64,000 nt of DNA from Macrostomum lignano. Its lineage: Eukaryota. This document shows, piece after piece, positions 36,200 through 48,109 of this stretch. Where the stretch lies: positions 1-64,000 of the forward strand of contig NIVC01002219.1 in NCBI GenBank assembly GCA_002269645.1, written 5' to 3'. The notes beneath the pieces were generated by a model, which saw only the letters and a list, made by a program, of their open reading frames with translations, did not search any database and was not told the DNA's origin. A program made the translations under genes and the position numbers. Each line of letters opens with the position of its first letter. Positions within the stretch are counted from its first letter, which is position 1.

Positions 36200-37822
36200 A
36201 TGCACCTGCCACATCACAGAATGCTGTCTGTGGCCTCTTGCCTGCTCAGCCCGCTGTCCGTCGCGTCCGGAGTCTGCGTCCGCTTCCGCGTCGTCTCGGG
36301 TTGCACCGGAAACCTGACCGACCTGTTTCGGGTTAACGGAGTTCGAGACCCTCGCGTCTGCTCTGTGGAGTGCGCAGTGCGACCCAACTGCACCGCCGTG
36401 TTCAAGCGAGACGGCACTTGCTATCTGGCCACTGCCGCTCAGTATGAGGCGCTGTGGAGACCACTGGACTGCGTCAGCGAGGTCAGTCGGTCTATCTTGC
36501 TTTGTGATTAAAAATTGTTTTTGGGTGATTTGAGGCAAATGGGGCAACATAAAAATCAAAACTGCAGACTGAGCGAATGCAAAAATTATTGGATTAAAAT
36601 TTCCTAGAACAACTTGTATAAAGCAATGTCTATTAAACAAAGATAAAACTCGATACGCTTCAAGCCAATGCCGCTCTTTTTTTAGGTCGTTGAGGGTCGG
36701 CTTCTATCCACCACTACTGAGGGAAAAAGTGCTGAGACTGACTCTGTCTCCACCACTGCTCCAGCCTCAAGCACCGCCACTGCTCCAGCCTCAACCACCG
36801 CCACTGCTCCAGCCTCAACCACTGCCACTGCTCCAGCCTCAACCACTGCCACTGCTCCAGCCTCAACCACTGCCACTGCTCCAGCCTCAACCACTGCCAC
36901 TGCTCCAGCCTCAAGCACCGCCACTGCTCCAGCCTCAACCACCGCCACTGCTCCAGCCTCAACCACCGCCACTGCTCCAGCCTCAACCACTGCCACTGCT
37001 CCAGCCTCAACCACTGCCACTGCTCCAGCCTCAACCACTGCCACTGCTCCAGCCTCAACCACTGCCACTGCTCCAGCCTCAACCACTGCCACTGCTCCAG
37101 CCTCAACAACTGCTCCAGCCTCAACCACCGCCACTGCTCCAGCCTCAACCACTGCTCCCGTCTCATCCACTGCGCCAGCCTCAACCACTGCTCCAGCCTC
37201 AACCACTGCTCCAGCCTCAACCACTGCTCCAGCCTCAACCACTGCTCCAGCCTCAACCACTGCTCCAGCCTTAATCACCGCCACTGCTTCAGCCCCAACC
37301 ACTGCTTCAGCCCCAACCACTGCTTCAGCCTCAACCACTGCTCCAGCCTCAACCACTGCTCCAGCCTCAACCACTGCTCCAGCCTCAACCACTGCTCCAG
37401 CCTCAACCACTGCTCCAGCCTCAACCACTGCTCCAGCCTCAACCACTGCTCCAGCCTCAACCACTGCTCCAGCCTCAACCACTGCTCCAGCCTCAACCAC
37501 TGCTCCAGCCTCAACCACTGCTCCAGCCTTAATCACCGCCACTGCTTCAGCCCCAACCACTGCTTCAGCCCCAACCACTGCTTCAGCCCCAACCACTGCT
37601 CCAGTCTCAACCACTGCTCCAGTCTCAACCACTGCTCCAGTCTCAACCACTGCTTCAGCAAGCAGCACTGCGTGCGCATCAGCAGATCAATACTGCGGGA
37701 TCGAAGGCGAATACCAGCAGCATTGCAGCAGTGATGTTCATTATATGCAATGCTCCAACTTTAAGTACATTCAGAGGCAGTGCTCTCCCGGTACAAGCTG
37801 GTCCGCTGGCACATGCCCTTGA
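36200..37822 (+). CDS. PAN-family gene 6: signal peptide + PAN + long T/A/P mucin + CBM14-like domain; exons 36200-36481 and 36686-37822 (472 aa)
   Basis: Phase-0 GT-AG intron; exon 2 is 1137 nt and open, ending CASADQYCGIEGEYQQHCSSDVHYMQCSNFKYIQRQCSPGTSWSAGTCP*. Confidence 0.85.
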
Positions 37823-39107
37823 CTTTCGTCGCAGACAATAAGGTTCTATGTTCGGTTGATTAGACTTTTGTTATCCGTTTTCCATTGGGTCAGTTGCATT
37901 GGGAGAATTTAATATACAGTCACCGTCGAATCAATTTCATGACTGCATAGATTGTTTAAAACGGTCAGAAATATTAAATATATGCTCGACGTAGTAGCCA
38001 TGGGAAGTCGAGTTGGTGTCGTTATATCGCATTGTTCAAAAATATGGCAACCCAATTCAATGTTGGCGAATTCGAACAACTTTTTTGACGGCTAAACAAA
38101 GTTGCTGGTAAATGAGAACTTCTGCATTTCGCTGAACCTTGAGCCGCTGTATAACGTCGTTATCTGTCGGCATTTGTAAAAATACCCATTTGCCAGCGAC
38201 GAGCCGGCGGACGTCAATTACGTCAAAATGTTGCTCGAAGGAGTGAAAAGGGAAAAATTACCGACCAACCTGACACAGCTTTTATGCGGAACAGAATTCA
38301 TTGGGAATTTTTTTGTTGGAGAATTAAAAAACTATTTTGGAGGCCAACAAAATATTTTCGCGTGAACTGGGAAATTCATTGATGCAGGAAGCTTTCAGTG
38401 AAAAAAGTGGTAAAAATGTTTCAACACTTGCCATGGCAGCAGCTTTGCTTCACTAGCTGTTGTAGTTCCCGATTGCCAAATTTCAGCTGAGGCTTCAGGC
38501 GTTCTGATTTTTCAGCCTATTGTTTCAGTTCGCTGCAGTTTGAAGGATTTCAGTGGGAGTTTTCAGCAGCATCCACGCAAACTGTCAAGTTGAATGTGTT
38601 TTCTACAATAGCATAGAACAATACAATAAATCAATCGGATGTCAATATGGTGACAACCCAATCGTGACAAGCAGCGATAATTCTACTTCTGCACACTTGT
38701 GTGTGTGTCTGTCCATATGACTAGGTACAATTCCACGCGCTTGTCTGCCTGCGCAGGGGAGTCGGCGGAATGGGAAAATGCAAGCACCCTGCTTCTAATA
38801 AAAAGCGGCCATCGATCAGAGAGATTTTTTCGTTGGCAAAGCGATTTACTTCATAGAGCACTTCATAGCTTGTTTGATTACTACCAAGAAGATATATAGT
38901 TCGTCTTTTCTGCATTGGTAAACATTTCTGCAGAGCGTCGCTTTTGTGAAATGAAATCACACTGCTGCCATAAGCATGCAGACTTTGCAGCGCTTATCTC
39001 GAACCTGACACGCAGCCGATTCAAGAAATTTTATTCTTTTCTTTGTTGCCTCCCAAGCAGATTGCTAGTTTAAAACTAAAAACTGAAAACTTTCTATCTT
39101 ACTAATG

Positions 39108-39192
39108 CAAGGTCGGCCAACTCCGGGCTGCAAAACTTCTCTATATCCGGCCCTCGGCTCTTTGAAATTTCACAATAGCAATCCGGCCCGGT
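39108..39192. mobile_element. Possible hAT/Charlie-type terminal remnant (also present at ~62398-62480)
   Basis: CAAGGTCGGCCAACTCCGGGC...ATCCGGCCC (twice) resembles hAT/Charlie subterminal motifs; no second end was found. Confidence 0.3.
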
Positions 39193-39643
39193 TCTCTGTC
39201 TTCTTTTCTTTGTTTTCCTATTTCCTCTTCTGCTTCTTCTGTTTCTGTTGTCGGGGATCCACAGTGAGAAGCTAAATGCTATTCACCATGCTGTTTGAAG
39301 ATGTCCCAGGCTACATCGAGAGTTTTACTTGGATCTTAGTGACATAACGGGGCGATATTTGGTTGAAAGTACATGCACGGATCTAAGGACGCTCTAGCTG
39401 GGACCAATTTGACCCTATCTGATATCAGATGCATGTACTTTTGAAGCTGACTTGTGTATGCATTTCTGAAATGAAATCTACAGAGCACGACTCTCCGAAA
39501 CTGAAATCTCCGGAACTGGAAGCATAAAGCCAAAAATCATACATCCATGCTACCACGGAGGCACGGCTTTCAGAGCACGGAAGATAAACATGGCTTGTTC
39601 GAATTAAACTCACTTATTAGATGATGCTCGAGTAGTGGCTGTT

Positions 39644-39871
39644 TCAGACGTTTTTGTTATCCACAAAGTACTCATACTGAGCGGCCGTGGCCAGATAGCA
39701 AGTGCCGTCTCGCTTGAACACGGCGGTGCAGTTGGGTCGCACTGCGCACTCCACCGAGCAGGCGCGAGGGTCTCGAACCCCGTTGACCTGCGACAGGCCG
39801 GTCACGTTTCCGGGGCAACCGGAGCCGACGCAGAGTCGGTAGGAGACGCTGGCCTGCGACGATGGCTTCAT
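39644..39871 (-). pseudogene. PAN-family copy 7: signal-peptide core deleted and no recognisable linker exon
   Basis: MKPSSQASVSYRLCVGSGCPGNVT...CYLATAAQYEYFVDNKNV*; lacks the LLSLLSVASG hydrophobic stretch. Confidence 0.7.
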
Positions 39872-40685
39872 GCCAGTACAAGTAGTTAAGCAATTTTTTG
39901 ATACTTAACGTTATTGAACGGAAAAACGTATTATGAATTATTTTCTTCCGAAAGGTAATTCAGACTTTGCCTTTAAAACAAGCTTACTAAAGCGAGTTGT
40001 ATCAAATATTCGACAGGTCGAAATGTCATGTTAGTTTTTTGAGCTCCCTAAATGTAGCCCAATCTTGGTAAAACAAAATCATGTCATCCACTTTTCCGTA
40101 CAGCAACCTGACGACATTGACGTCGATGAAAAATATGTACTCTTACATTACATCAACGGATAACAACGTCACACGTAATACGATAGAAATTTTCTTCTAG
40201 CAGCTTTTTGCCAATGGTTTGGCAAAGCAAATGAGGAATCATCACAAAAAGAAAGTTTATGCAATTCTGAGATTTCGCCAAAAATGAAATTTCTACTGGT
40301 GGAAACAAGTGGAAACAATGGAAACCCGATGTATGTTTGCAGGATTGACATGCGCCACTGGTCACGCCTCTCTAAGCAAGCAGAAAATGATGCGCTCCAA
40401 TCCTCCAACTCCAATAGTGTGACAGTTGTGACAATGCTGCACAGGCACATAGCAGCATCCGTGACCAAAAATACATTTCGAAGCTTAGAGAGGAATGCCT
40501 GACAACGCTGCAAACAAGTTTCGCTCAACCTGAACGTTGCAGCAAGCTTTAAATTCTCGCTACTACCATCGGCTGAAAGTCGCTCATTCAATCTGTAAGG
40601 TTCGACATGCAGTTTATCCCGATTAACTAATGCACTAGATCTAGTTAAAGAAAAATAATCTTACACATACATGAATCGTTAAGGT

Positions 40686-40754
40686 ATGCTTGGTCTGGCC
40701 TACTGCCTGCTAAGCCTGCTGTCTGTCGCGTCCGGCGTCTGCGTCCGCTTCCGC
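40686..40754 (+). pseudogene. PAN-family fragment 8 (signal peptide through VCVRFR only)
   Basis: MLGLAYCLLSLLSVASGVCVRFR, followed by unrelated sequence. Confidence 0.75.
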
Positions 40755-40905
40755 AGATCTTGGCGCCCAGCAACCAAGTTATTGATTCTCATAACGGGTC
40801 ACAAGGTGAGGTGGTCACAAGCCGTTGTCCACTCGTTGCTGAGGGTACGTCTTCATTGTCCTTGATGATAAAAGCTTACAGCATGTGAGTGAACAATTAA
40901 TAAAT

Positions 40906-43900
40906 TCATGCAGCCACCCTCTTCAAAATCACGCTACAAGTCACAGGGCAGGTTCCAGCCGACCAGCTTGTACCCGTGGGACATCGCATTTGCACATGTG
41001 CTCCCTTATGCCACTCCAGATTTGATTCGTCACTGCTTCAATCCCCCACGACGCCAGTGGTGCACAAACAGAGCAAAGAAGCTGACTAGTGGCGGCGTAC
41101 TCGGCTACACTCGCTTTTGTCGTAGCAGTAGTCAGCTGCTGTGACAGTAGTCAGTTGTTGTGGCAGTGTTAGGTGTTGTGGCAGTGTCAAGCGTTGTGGC
41201 AGTGTCAGTTGTTGTGGCAGTGGCAGGTGTTGTGGCAGTGGCAGGTGTTGTGGCAATGTCAGGTGTTGTGGCAGTGTCAGTTGCTGTGGCAGTGTCAGTT
41301 GCTGTGACAGTAGTCAGTTGCTGTTACAGTGTCAGTTGCTGTGGCAGTGTCAGTTGCTGTGGCAGTGACAGTTGCTGTGACAGTAGTCAGTTGCTGTGAC
41401 AGTAGTCAGTTGCTGTTACATTGTCAGTTGCTGTGGCAGTGTCAGTTGCTGTGACAGTAGTCAGTTGCTGTGGCAGTGTCAGTTGCTGTGACAGTGTCAG
41501 TTGCTGTGGCAGTGTCAGTTGCTGTGGCAGTGACAGTTGCTGTGACAGTAGTCAGTTGCTGTGACAGTAGTCAGTTGCTGTTACATTGTCAGTTGCTGTG
41601 GCAGTGTCAGTTGCTGTGGCAGTGTCAGTTGCTGTGGCAGTGTCAGTTGCTGTGGCAGTGTCAGTTGCTGTGACAGTGTCAGTTGCTGTGGCAGTGTCAG
41701 TTGCTGTGGCAGTGTCAGGTGTTGTGGCAGTGTCAGTTGCTGTGGCAGTGACAGTTGCTGTGACAGTAGTCAGTTGCTGTGACAGTAGTCAGTTGCTGTT
41801 ACATTGTCAGATGCTGTGGCAGTGTCAGTTGCTGTGGCAGTGTCAGTTGCTGTGGCAGTGTCAGTTGCTGTGGCAGTGTCAGTTGCTGTGACAGTGTCAG
41901 TTGCTGTGGCAGTGTCAGTTGCTGTGGCAGTGTCAGTTGCTGTGACAGTAGTCAGTTGCTGTTACAGTGTCAGTTGCTGTGGCAGTGTCAGTTGCTGTGG
42001 CAGTGACAGTTGCTGTGACAGTAGTCAGTTGCTGTGACAGTAGTCAGTTGCTGTTACATTGTCAGTTGCTGTGGCAGTGTCAGTTGCTGTGGCAGTGTCA
42101 GTTGCTGTGACAGTGTCAGTTGCTGTGGCAGTGTCAGTTGCTGTGGCAGTGTCAGTTGCTGTGTCAGTGTCAGTTGCTGTGACAGTAGTCAGTTGCTGTT
42201 ACAGTGTCAGTTGCTGTGGCAGTGTCAGATGCTGTGGCAGTGACAGTTGCTGTGACAGTAGTCAGTTGCTGTGACAGTAGTCAGTTGCTGTTACATTGTC
42301 AGTTGCTGTGGCAGTGTCAGTTGCTGTGACAGTGTCAGTTGCTGTGGCAGTGTCAGTTGCTGTGGCAGTGACAGTTGCTGTGACAGTAGTCAGTTGCTGT
42401 GACAGTAGTCAGTTGCTGTTACATTGTCAGTTGCTGTTACAGTGTCAGTTGCTGTGGCAGTGTCAGTTGCTGTGACAGTGTCAGTTGCTGTGGCAGTGTC
42501 AGTTGCTGTGGCAGTGTCAGTTGCTGTGGCAGTGACAGTTGCTGTGACAGTAGTCAGTTGCTGTGACAGTAGTCAGTTGCTGTTACATTGTCAGTTGCTG
42601 TGGCAGTGTCAGTTGCTGTGGCAGTGTCAGTTGCTGTGGCAGTGTCAGGTGTTGTGGCAGTGTCAGTTGCTGTGGCAGTGTCAGTTGCTGTGGCAGTGTC
42701 AGGTGTTGTGGCAGTGTCAGTTGTTGTGGCAGTGGCAGGTGTTGTGGCAGTGGCAGGTGTTGTGGCAATGTCAGGTGTTGTGGCAGTGTCAGTTGCTGTG
42801 GCAGTGTCAGTTGCTGTGACAGTAGTCAGTTGCTGTTACAGTGTCAGTTGCTGTGGCAGTGTCAGTTGCTGTGGCAGTGACAGTTGCTGTGACAGTAGTC
42901 AGTTGCTGTGACAGTAGTCAGTTGCTGTTACATTGTCAGTTGCTGTGGCAGTGTCAGTTGCTGTGACAGTAGTCAGTTGCTGTGGCAGTGTCAGTTGCTG
43001 TGACAGTGTCAGTTGCTGTGGCAGTGTCAGTTGCTGTGGCAGTGACAGTTGCTGTGACAGTAGTCAGTTGCTGTGACAGTAGTCAGTTGCTGTTACATTG
43101 TCAGTTGCTGTGGCAGTGTCAGTTGCTGTGGCAGTGTCAGTTGCTGTGGCAGTGTCAGTTGCTGTGGCAGTGTCAGTTGCTGTGACAGTGTCAGTTGCTG
43201 TGGCAGTGTCAGTTGCTGTGGCAGTGTCAGGTGTTGTGGCAGTGTCAGTTGCTGTGGCAGTGACAGTTGCTGTGACAGTAGTCAGTTGCTGTGACAGTAG
43301 TCAGTTGCTGTTACATTGTCAGATGCTGTGGCAGTGTCAGTTGCTGTGGCAGTGTCAGTTGCTGTGGCAGTGTCAGTTGCTGTGGCAGTGTCAGTTGCTG
43401 TGACAGTGTCAGTTGCTGTGGCAGTGTCAGTTGCTGTGGCAGTGTCAGTTGCTGTGACAGTAGTCAGTTGCTGTTACAGTGTCAGTTGCTGTGGCAGTGT
43501 CAGTTGCTGTGGCAGTGACAGTTGCTGTGACAGTAGTCAGTTGCTGTGACAGTAGTCAGTTGCTGTTACATTGTCAGTTGCTGTGGCAGTGTCAGTTGCT
43601 GTGGCAGTGTCAGTTGCTGTGACAGTGTCAGTTGCTGTGGCAGTGTCAGTTGCTGTGGCAGTGTCAGTTGCTGTGTCAGTGTCAGTTGCTGTGACAGTAG
43701 TCAGTTGCTGTTACAGTGTCAGTTGCTGTGGCAGTGTCAGTTGCTGTGGCAGTGACAGTTGCTGTGACAGTAGTCAGTTGCTGTGACAGTAGTCAGTTGC
43801 TGTTACATTGTCAGTTGCTGTGGCAGTGTCAGTTGCTGTGACAGTGTCAGTTGCTGTGGCAGTGTCAGTTGCTGTGGCAGTGACAGTTGCTGTGACAGTA

Positions 43901-45114
43901 GTCAGTTGCTGTGACAGTAGTCAGTTGCTGTTACATTGTCAGTTGCTGTTACAGTGTCAGTTGCTGTGGCAGTGTCAGTTGCTGTGGCAGTGTCAGTTGC
44001 TGTGACAGTGTCAGTTGCTGTGGCAGTGTCAGTTGCTGTGGCAGTGTCAGTTGCTGTGGCAGTGACAGTTGCTGTGACAGTAGTCAGTTGCTGTGACAGT
44101 AGTCAGTTGCTGTTACATTGTCAGTTGCTGTGGCAGTGTCAGTTGCTGTGGCAGTGTCAGTTGCTGTGGCAGTGTCAGGTGTTGTGGCAGTGTCAGTTGC
44201 TGTGGCAGTGTCAGTTGCTGTGGCAGTGTCAGGTGTTGTGGCAGTGTCAGTTGCTGTGGCAGTGGCAGTTGCTGTGGCAGTGTCAGTTGCTGTGACAGTG
44301 TCAGTTGCTGTGGCAGTGTCAGTTGCTGTGGCAGTGTCAGTTGCTGTGGCAGTGACAGTTGCTGTGACAGTAGTCAGTTGCTGTGACAGTAGTCAGTTGC
44401 TGTTACATTGTCAGTTGCTGTGGCAGTGTCAGTTGCTGTGGCAGTGTCAGTTGCTGTGGCAGTGTCAGGTGTTGTGGCAGTGTCAGTTGCTGTGGCAGTG
44501 TCAGTTGCTGTGGCAGTGTCAGGTGTTGTGGCAGTGTCAGTTGCTGTGGCAGTGTCAGTTGCTGTGGCAGTGTCAGTTGCTGTGGCAGTGTCAGTTGCTG
44601 TGGCAGTGTCAGGTGTTGTGGCAATGTCAGTTGTTATGGCATTTTCAGGTGTTGTGGCAGTGTCAGCTGTTGCAATGCCAGTTTCAGAGGCAGGAGCGGT
44701 GGCAATGGATCAGCCACAGGGGTCATGCTCGAATTCTTAGCGGAGGTCGGCCGTTCATCCACTACCTAAACAGACAATCGGATGAACTGTTATTAGTTGC
44801 GTTTCTTTATGAAAAAAGTTTACCATTAAGCAGAAAAAAATGAGCACCGACTGACCTCGCTGACGCAGTCCAGGGGTCTCCACAGCGCCTCATACTGAGC
44901 GGCAGTGGCCAGATAGCAAGTGCCGTCTCGCTTGAAGCCGGCGGTGCATTTAGGTCGCACTGCGCACTCCACTGAACAGGCGCGTGAATCTCGAACTCCT
45001 AGACATGTCGGTCACGTTTCCGGCGCAACCGGAGACAACGCGGAAGCGGACGCAAACGCCGGACACGACGGACAGCAGGCTGAGCAGGCAGCAGATTCGC
45101 AACGATGGCTTCAT
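40906..45114 (-). pseudogene. PAN-family copy 9: PAN exon (45114-44856, 8-nt deletion), mucin exon expanded into a satellite, and a degenerate CBM14-like end
   Basis: Exon 1 frameshifts after GNVTDMS; acceptor near 44767; TATDTA linker; distal remnant GD*SSDESNLEWHKGAHVQMRCPTGTSWSAGTCP at ~40945-41046. Confidence 0.8.
41123..44690. repeat. 18/19-bp satellite (GTCAGTTGCTGTGGCAGT and variants) with a 1512-bp higher-order duplication
   Basis: A diagnostic variant block (TGGCAATG) occurs at 41251 and 42763; ORF-track offsets are repeatedly 1512. Confidence 0.95.
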
Positions 45115-45979
45115 AGCCAAGAGTTTGAGTCCACTTTTTTCCCACTTGCTTGAAACTTGGTTTCAAATTCTTCGATTGCGAATGTAAAACATGGTAAGAA
45201 CTGATTTGAAAATGTGCAGTCGTGCGAGATTACAAGATTAGCATACCAGTTTTTATGCTAACAGTGAAGTCAAATGTGTAACTTTGTGCTACTAATCCTG
45301 TTTGTGTGTCGTACGGAGGCATTTTGTTTTTCACTACACATACTACTCGTCAGTAGGCAAGCTGTAGTTATCGTGAATGAAAATTAAAACAAAATTATAC
45401 ATGAAATATTTTGTAGTGACAGGCCGTCTGAGCAAACTAAAGGAGCTCCCCAACGGCGAGCGCGGGTTCGCTTCAATCCGCTGGCCGGACTGAGCTTCGA
45501 TCCTGAGCGGAGGTCGCGTCAAGAAGCGTCGACAGTTCGTCCCTAAACGTCCTAAGTACTGCTCTCAAGCCCAGTATAGTTTCGAAAGTAGTAACTCAAA
45601 CACGCGAACTTCTGGCGATGATCAATTCAGTGTATGGACGACTCAGCGGAGAGCAGGTGGCGTGATTAGCTAGTGGATAGTTTCGGTAGAAGGTATTCTA
45701 TTGATGGCCTAGTTTAAGTTGCAGGACCTGCTCCCCGCCAGCGATTCTCATTGTATTTAGGCTGCCTGGCTTAAGCCCTAGGGTCCCACGCCAGACAGCA
45801 TTAGCGCAAACAATCCACCCCAAGCCAATCGCGACACGCCAGAGGGTCAAAAATACAATATGTAACAAACCTCAGCCAATCAAAAGAAAGGGGGGGGGTT
45901 TCAACGACAACGCGGGGCAGGGGGGTGATGTACGTATTATCAATTCATTACTATTATCATCATTATAAATATAACACGA

Positions 45980-46298
45980 GTAATAATTAATAATAATTGA
46001 TTACACCTGCCCTGATTGGGCCAGATGTGCAACTGACAGCTCAGCCGCAGCTATTGCGCGGCGCATCTGAAGGCTGCGTACGGCTGTTCAGTCCAAGGAC
46101 TGGGGGGTCGCCCCACACAGCCTCAATTACGAGCGTACCCCAGCTAATGCTGGCACCCATTTTACAGCTGGGTGAACTGAAGCAATGCAGAGTTAAGTGT
46201 CTTTCTCAAGGACACAAATTGTCCCAGTGAAATCGGGAATCGAACCCGCGACCTTAAAGTCGTGATTCCGACGCTTTAACCGCTAAGCTACAACCCCC
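45980..46298 (-). mobile_element. tRNA-derived SINE with a CORE/Meta-like central domain
   Basis: A-box TAGCTTAGCGG and B-box GGTTCGATTCCC, then TGTGTCCTTGAGAAAGACACTTAACTCTGCATTGCTTCAGTTCACCCAGCTGTAAAATGGG (similar to the MIR CORE), and an ATT-rich tail. Confidence 0.8.
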
Positions 46299-46441
46299 TA
46301 GGCTAGGCTACAGCACAGTATCAAACATTAATCTAGAAAGGCGTTCAAATTTCGTTAACAATATACCAGCAGTAGGTTGAGACGTTGGGAAATAAGATTG
46401 CAAAAACAAAGTCACTGAATCAGAATGCCTGATTTGCACTA

Positions 46442-46517
46442 AAGCGAGACGGCACTTGGTATCTGGCTACTGCCGCTCAGTATTTGGCGCTGTGGAGACC
46501 CCTGGACTGCGTCAGTA
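46442..46517 (+). pseudogene. PAN-family fragment 10 (3' part of the PAN exon, with frameshifts)
   Basis: AAGCGAGACGGCACTTGGTATCTGGCTACTGCCGCTCAGTATTTGGCGCTGTGGAGACCCTGGACTGCGTCAGT. Confidence 0.8.
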
Positions 46518-47220
46518 TGTTCTTCGAGATGTTTTCAAGAGAAAAATCTTTGATAATATAAAGTTCATCAATTTGATTTTAATTTAATATTGGTAGGTTA
46601 TCTGTTTATATTTCCGGTGTCACATTTCTAGGTAATGCAGGAGAGGCTGGTATTCCTTACCTACAAAAAAGTACTTTACATGCGTACTTTTGTTGAAATC
46701 CATTTTTTATTCTTTAATCATCGAACGGACTAGTAGAAAAAGTAGCAAAATAGCCAACTTAATAAGCTCATAAATACGCTCGTAACTCATTTCAAGTTCG
46801 ACATATTCAATTCAAGTGGCGATCAGCCAAATCAGGGTTACCAAAAGACCAAGTCAAGTGCATCATATAGTCAGTTTAAGTAGCAGACTCTGGGTTTCCG
46901 GGTATTTTCCTCTGTCTATTTATTCTGGCAGATAAGCTGAATTTTCTGCTTTATGGTTTAACTGCTATCATGAAGATATAATCAGTAAAATCGTACTGCT
47001 GTCATAAGCCTGCGAATCTTCCAGAGCTCTCTCAAATTTCGACAAGCCATTTTACTTCCTAGAAAAAGCATATCTAGTATTAATTTTTCTATTCTCCACC
47101 TGCAGCCCTACGTTTGTCAATTTCCACACTCTAAATTTACGTTGTGGAACCTGATCGGTGCACTGCAGTTGGCACCCACGCAGTTTTATCCAGCTTTTCT
47201 GCCTGAAAACCTAGGTTTCG

Positions 47221-47746
<526 letters not shown>

Positions 47747-48109
47747 TAAGTATGCTTAGGTCCATATTAAATCTTTACTGAAAATGTTCGAATTTAAATT
47801 AATGCGAAAAAAATTTACGTTTTTGACTAAAAAATTAGACGAATTGAAAATTTGTAGATTTTTCTTTTTTCTTTTGTAAACCCCTTAAAGCTGATTTTTA
47901 ATATCTTAATATCAATCGATATTATAAAACCAGGTAATTGCCAGGACGTTCCGTCTCAAGGCAGAATGTCCGAACAAATTTGCTGTTGCTACCGAAGTTG
48001 AATTTTATCATCTGAAGCGAAAATCTTAAATAATTCTGTCTGGATTCCCAAAAATTATAGTTATAGCTCTAGGGAAGAGCTATAGTTAGGACTAGCAATC
48101 TAGCGCCCC

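Larger units (their letters stand above)
30636..40527 (+). repeat. Segmental duplication copy A (paralogous to 56712-64000); carries the Gypsy insertion that copy B lacks
   Basis: Colinear, near-identical exons, introns and intergenic DNA; the window's last bases match ~40490-40527. Confidence 0.92.

Noticed and set aside
36682-37668. Antisense and off-frame ORFs over mucin arrays (VEAGA.., LEQW.., QPLLQP.., VSVA.., CCGSVS..) here and at 28.4-29.2, 31, 41-44.8, 57 and 60-61 kb
   Set aside because: Shadows of 18/24-bp repeats; splice phase shows that the T/A/P frame is the coding one.
39425-39613. Possible second exon for copy 7 (ESCSVDFISE resembles QACTIDFMRD of gene 1; duplicated at 62721-62909)
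   Set aside because: The similarity is too short, the other cysteines are missing, and there is no convincing splice pairing.
45420-45935. Possible LTR-element 3' end (GGGGGG followed by TGATGTA near 45925)
   Set aside because: A PPT-like run only; no coding remnant or second LTR found in the window.
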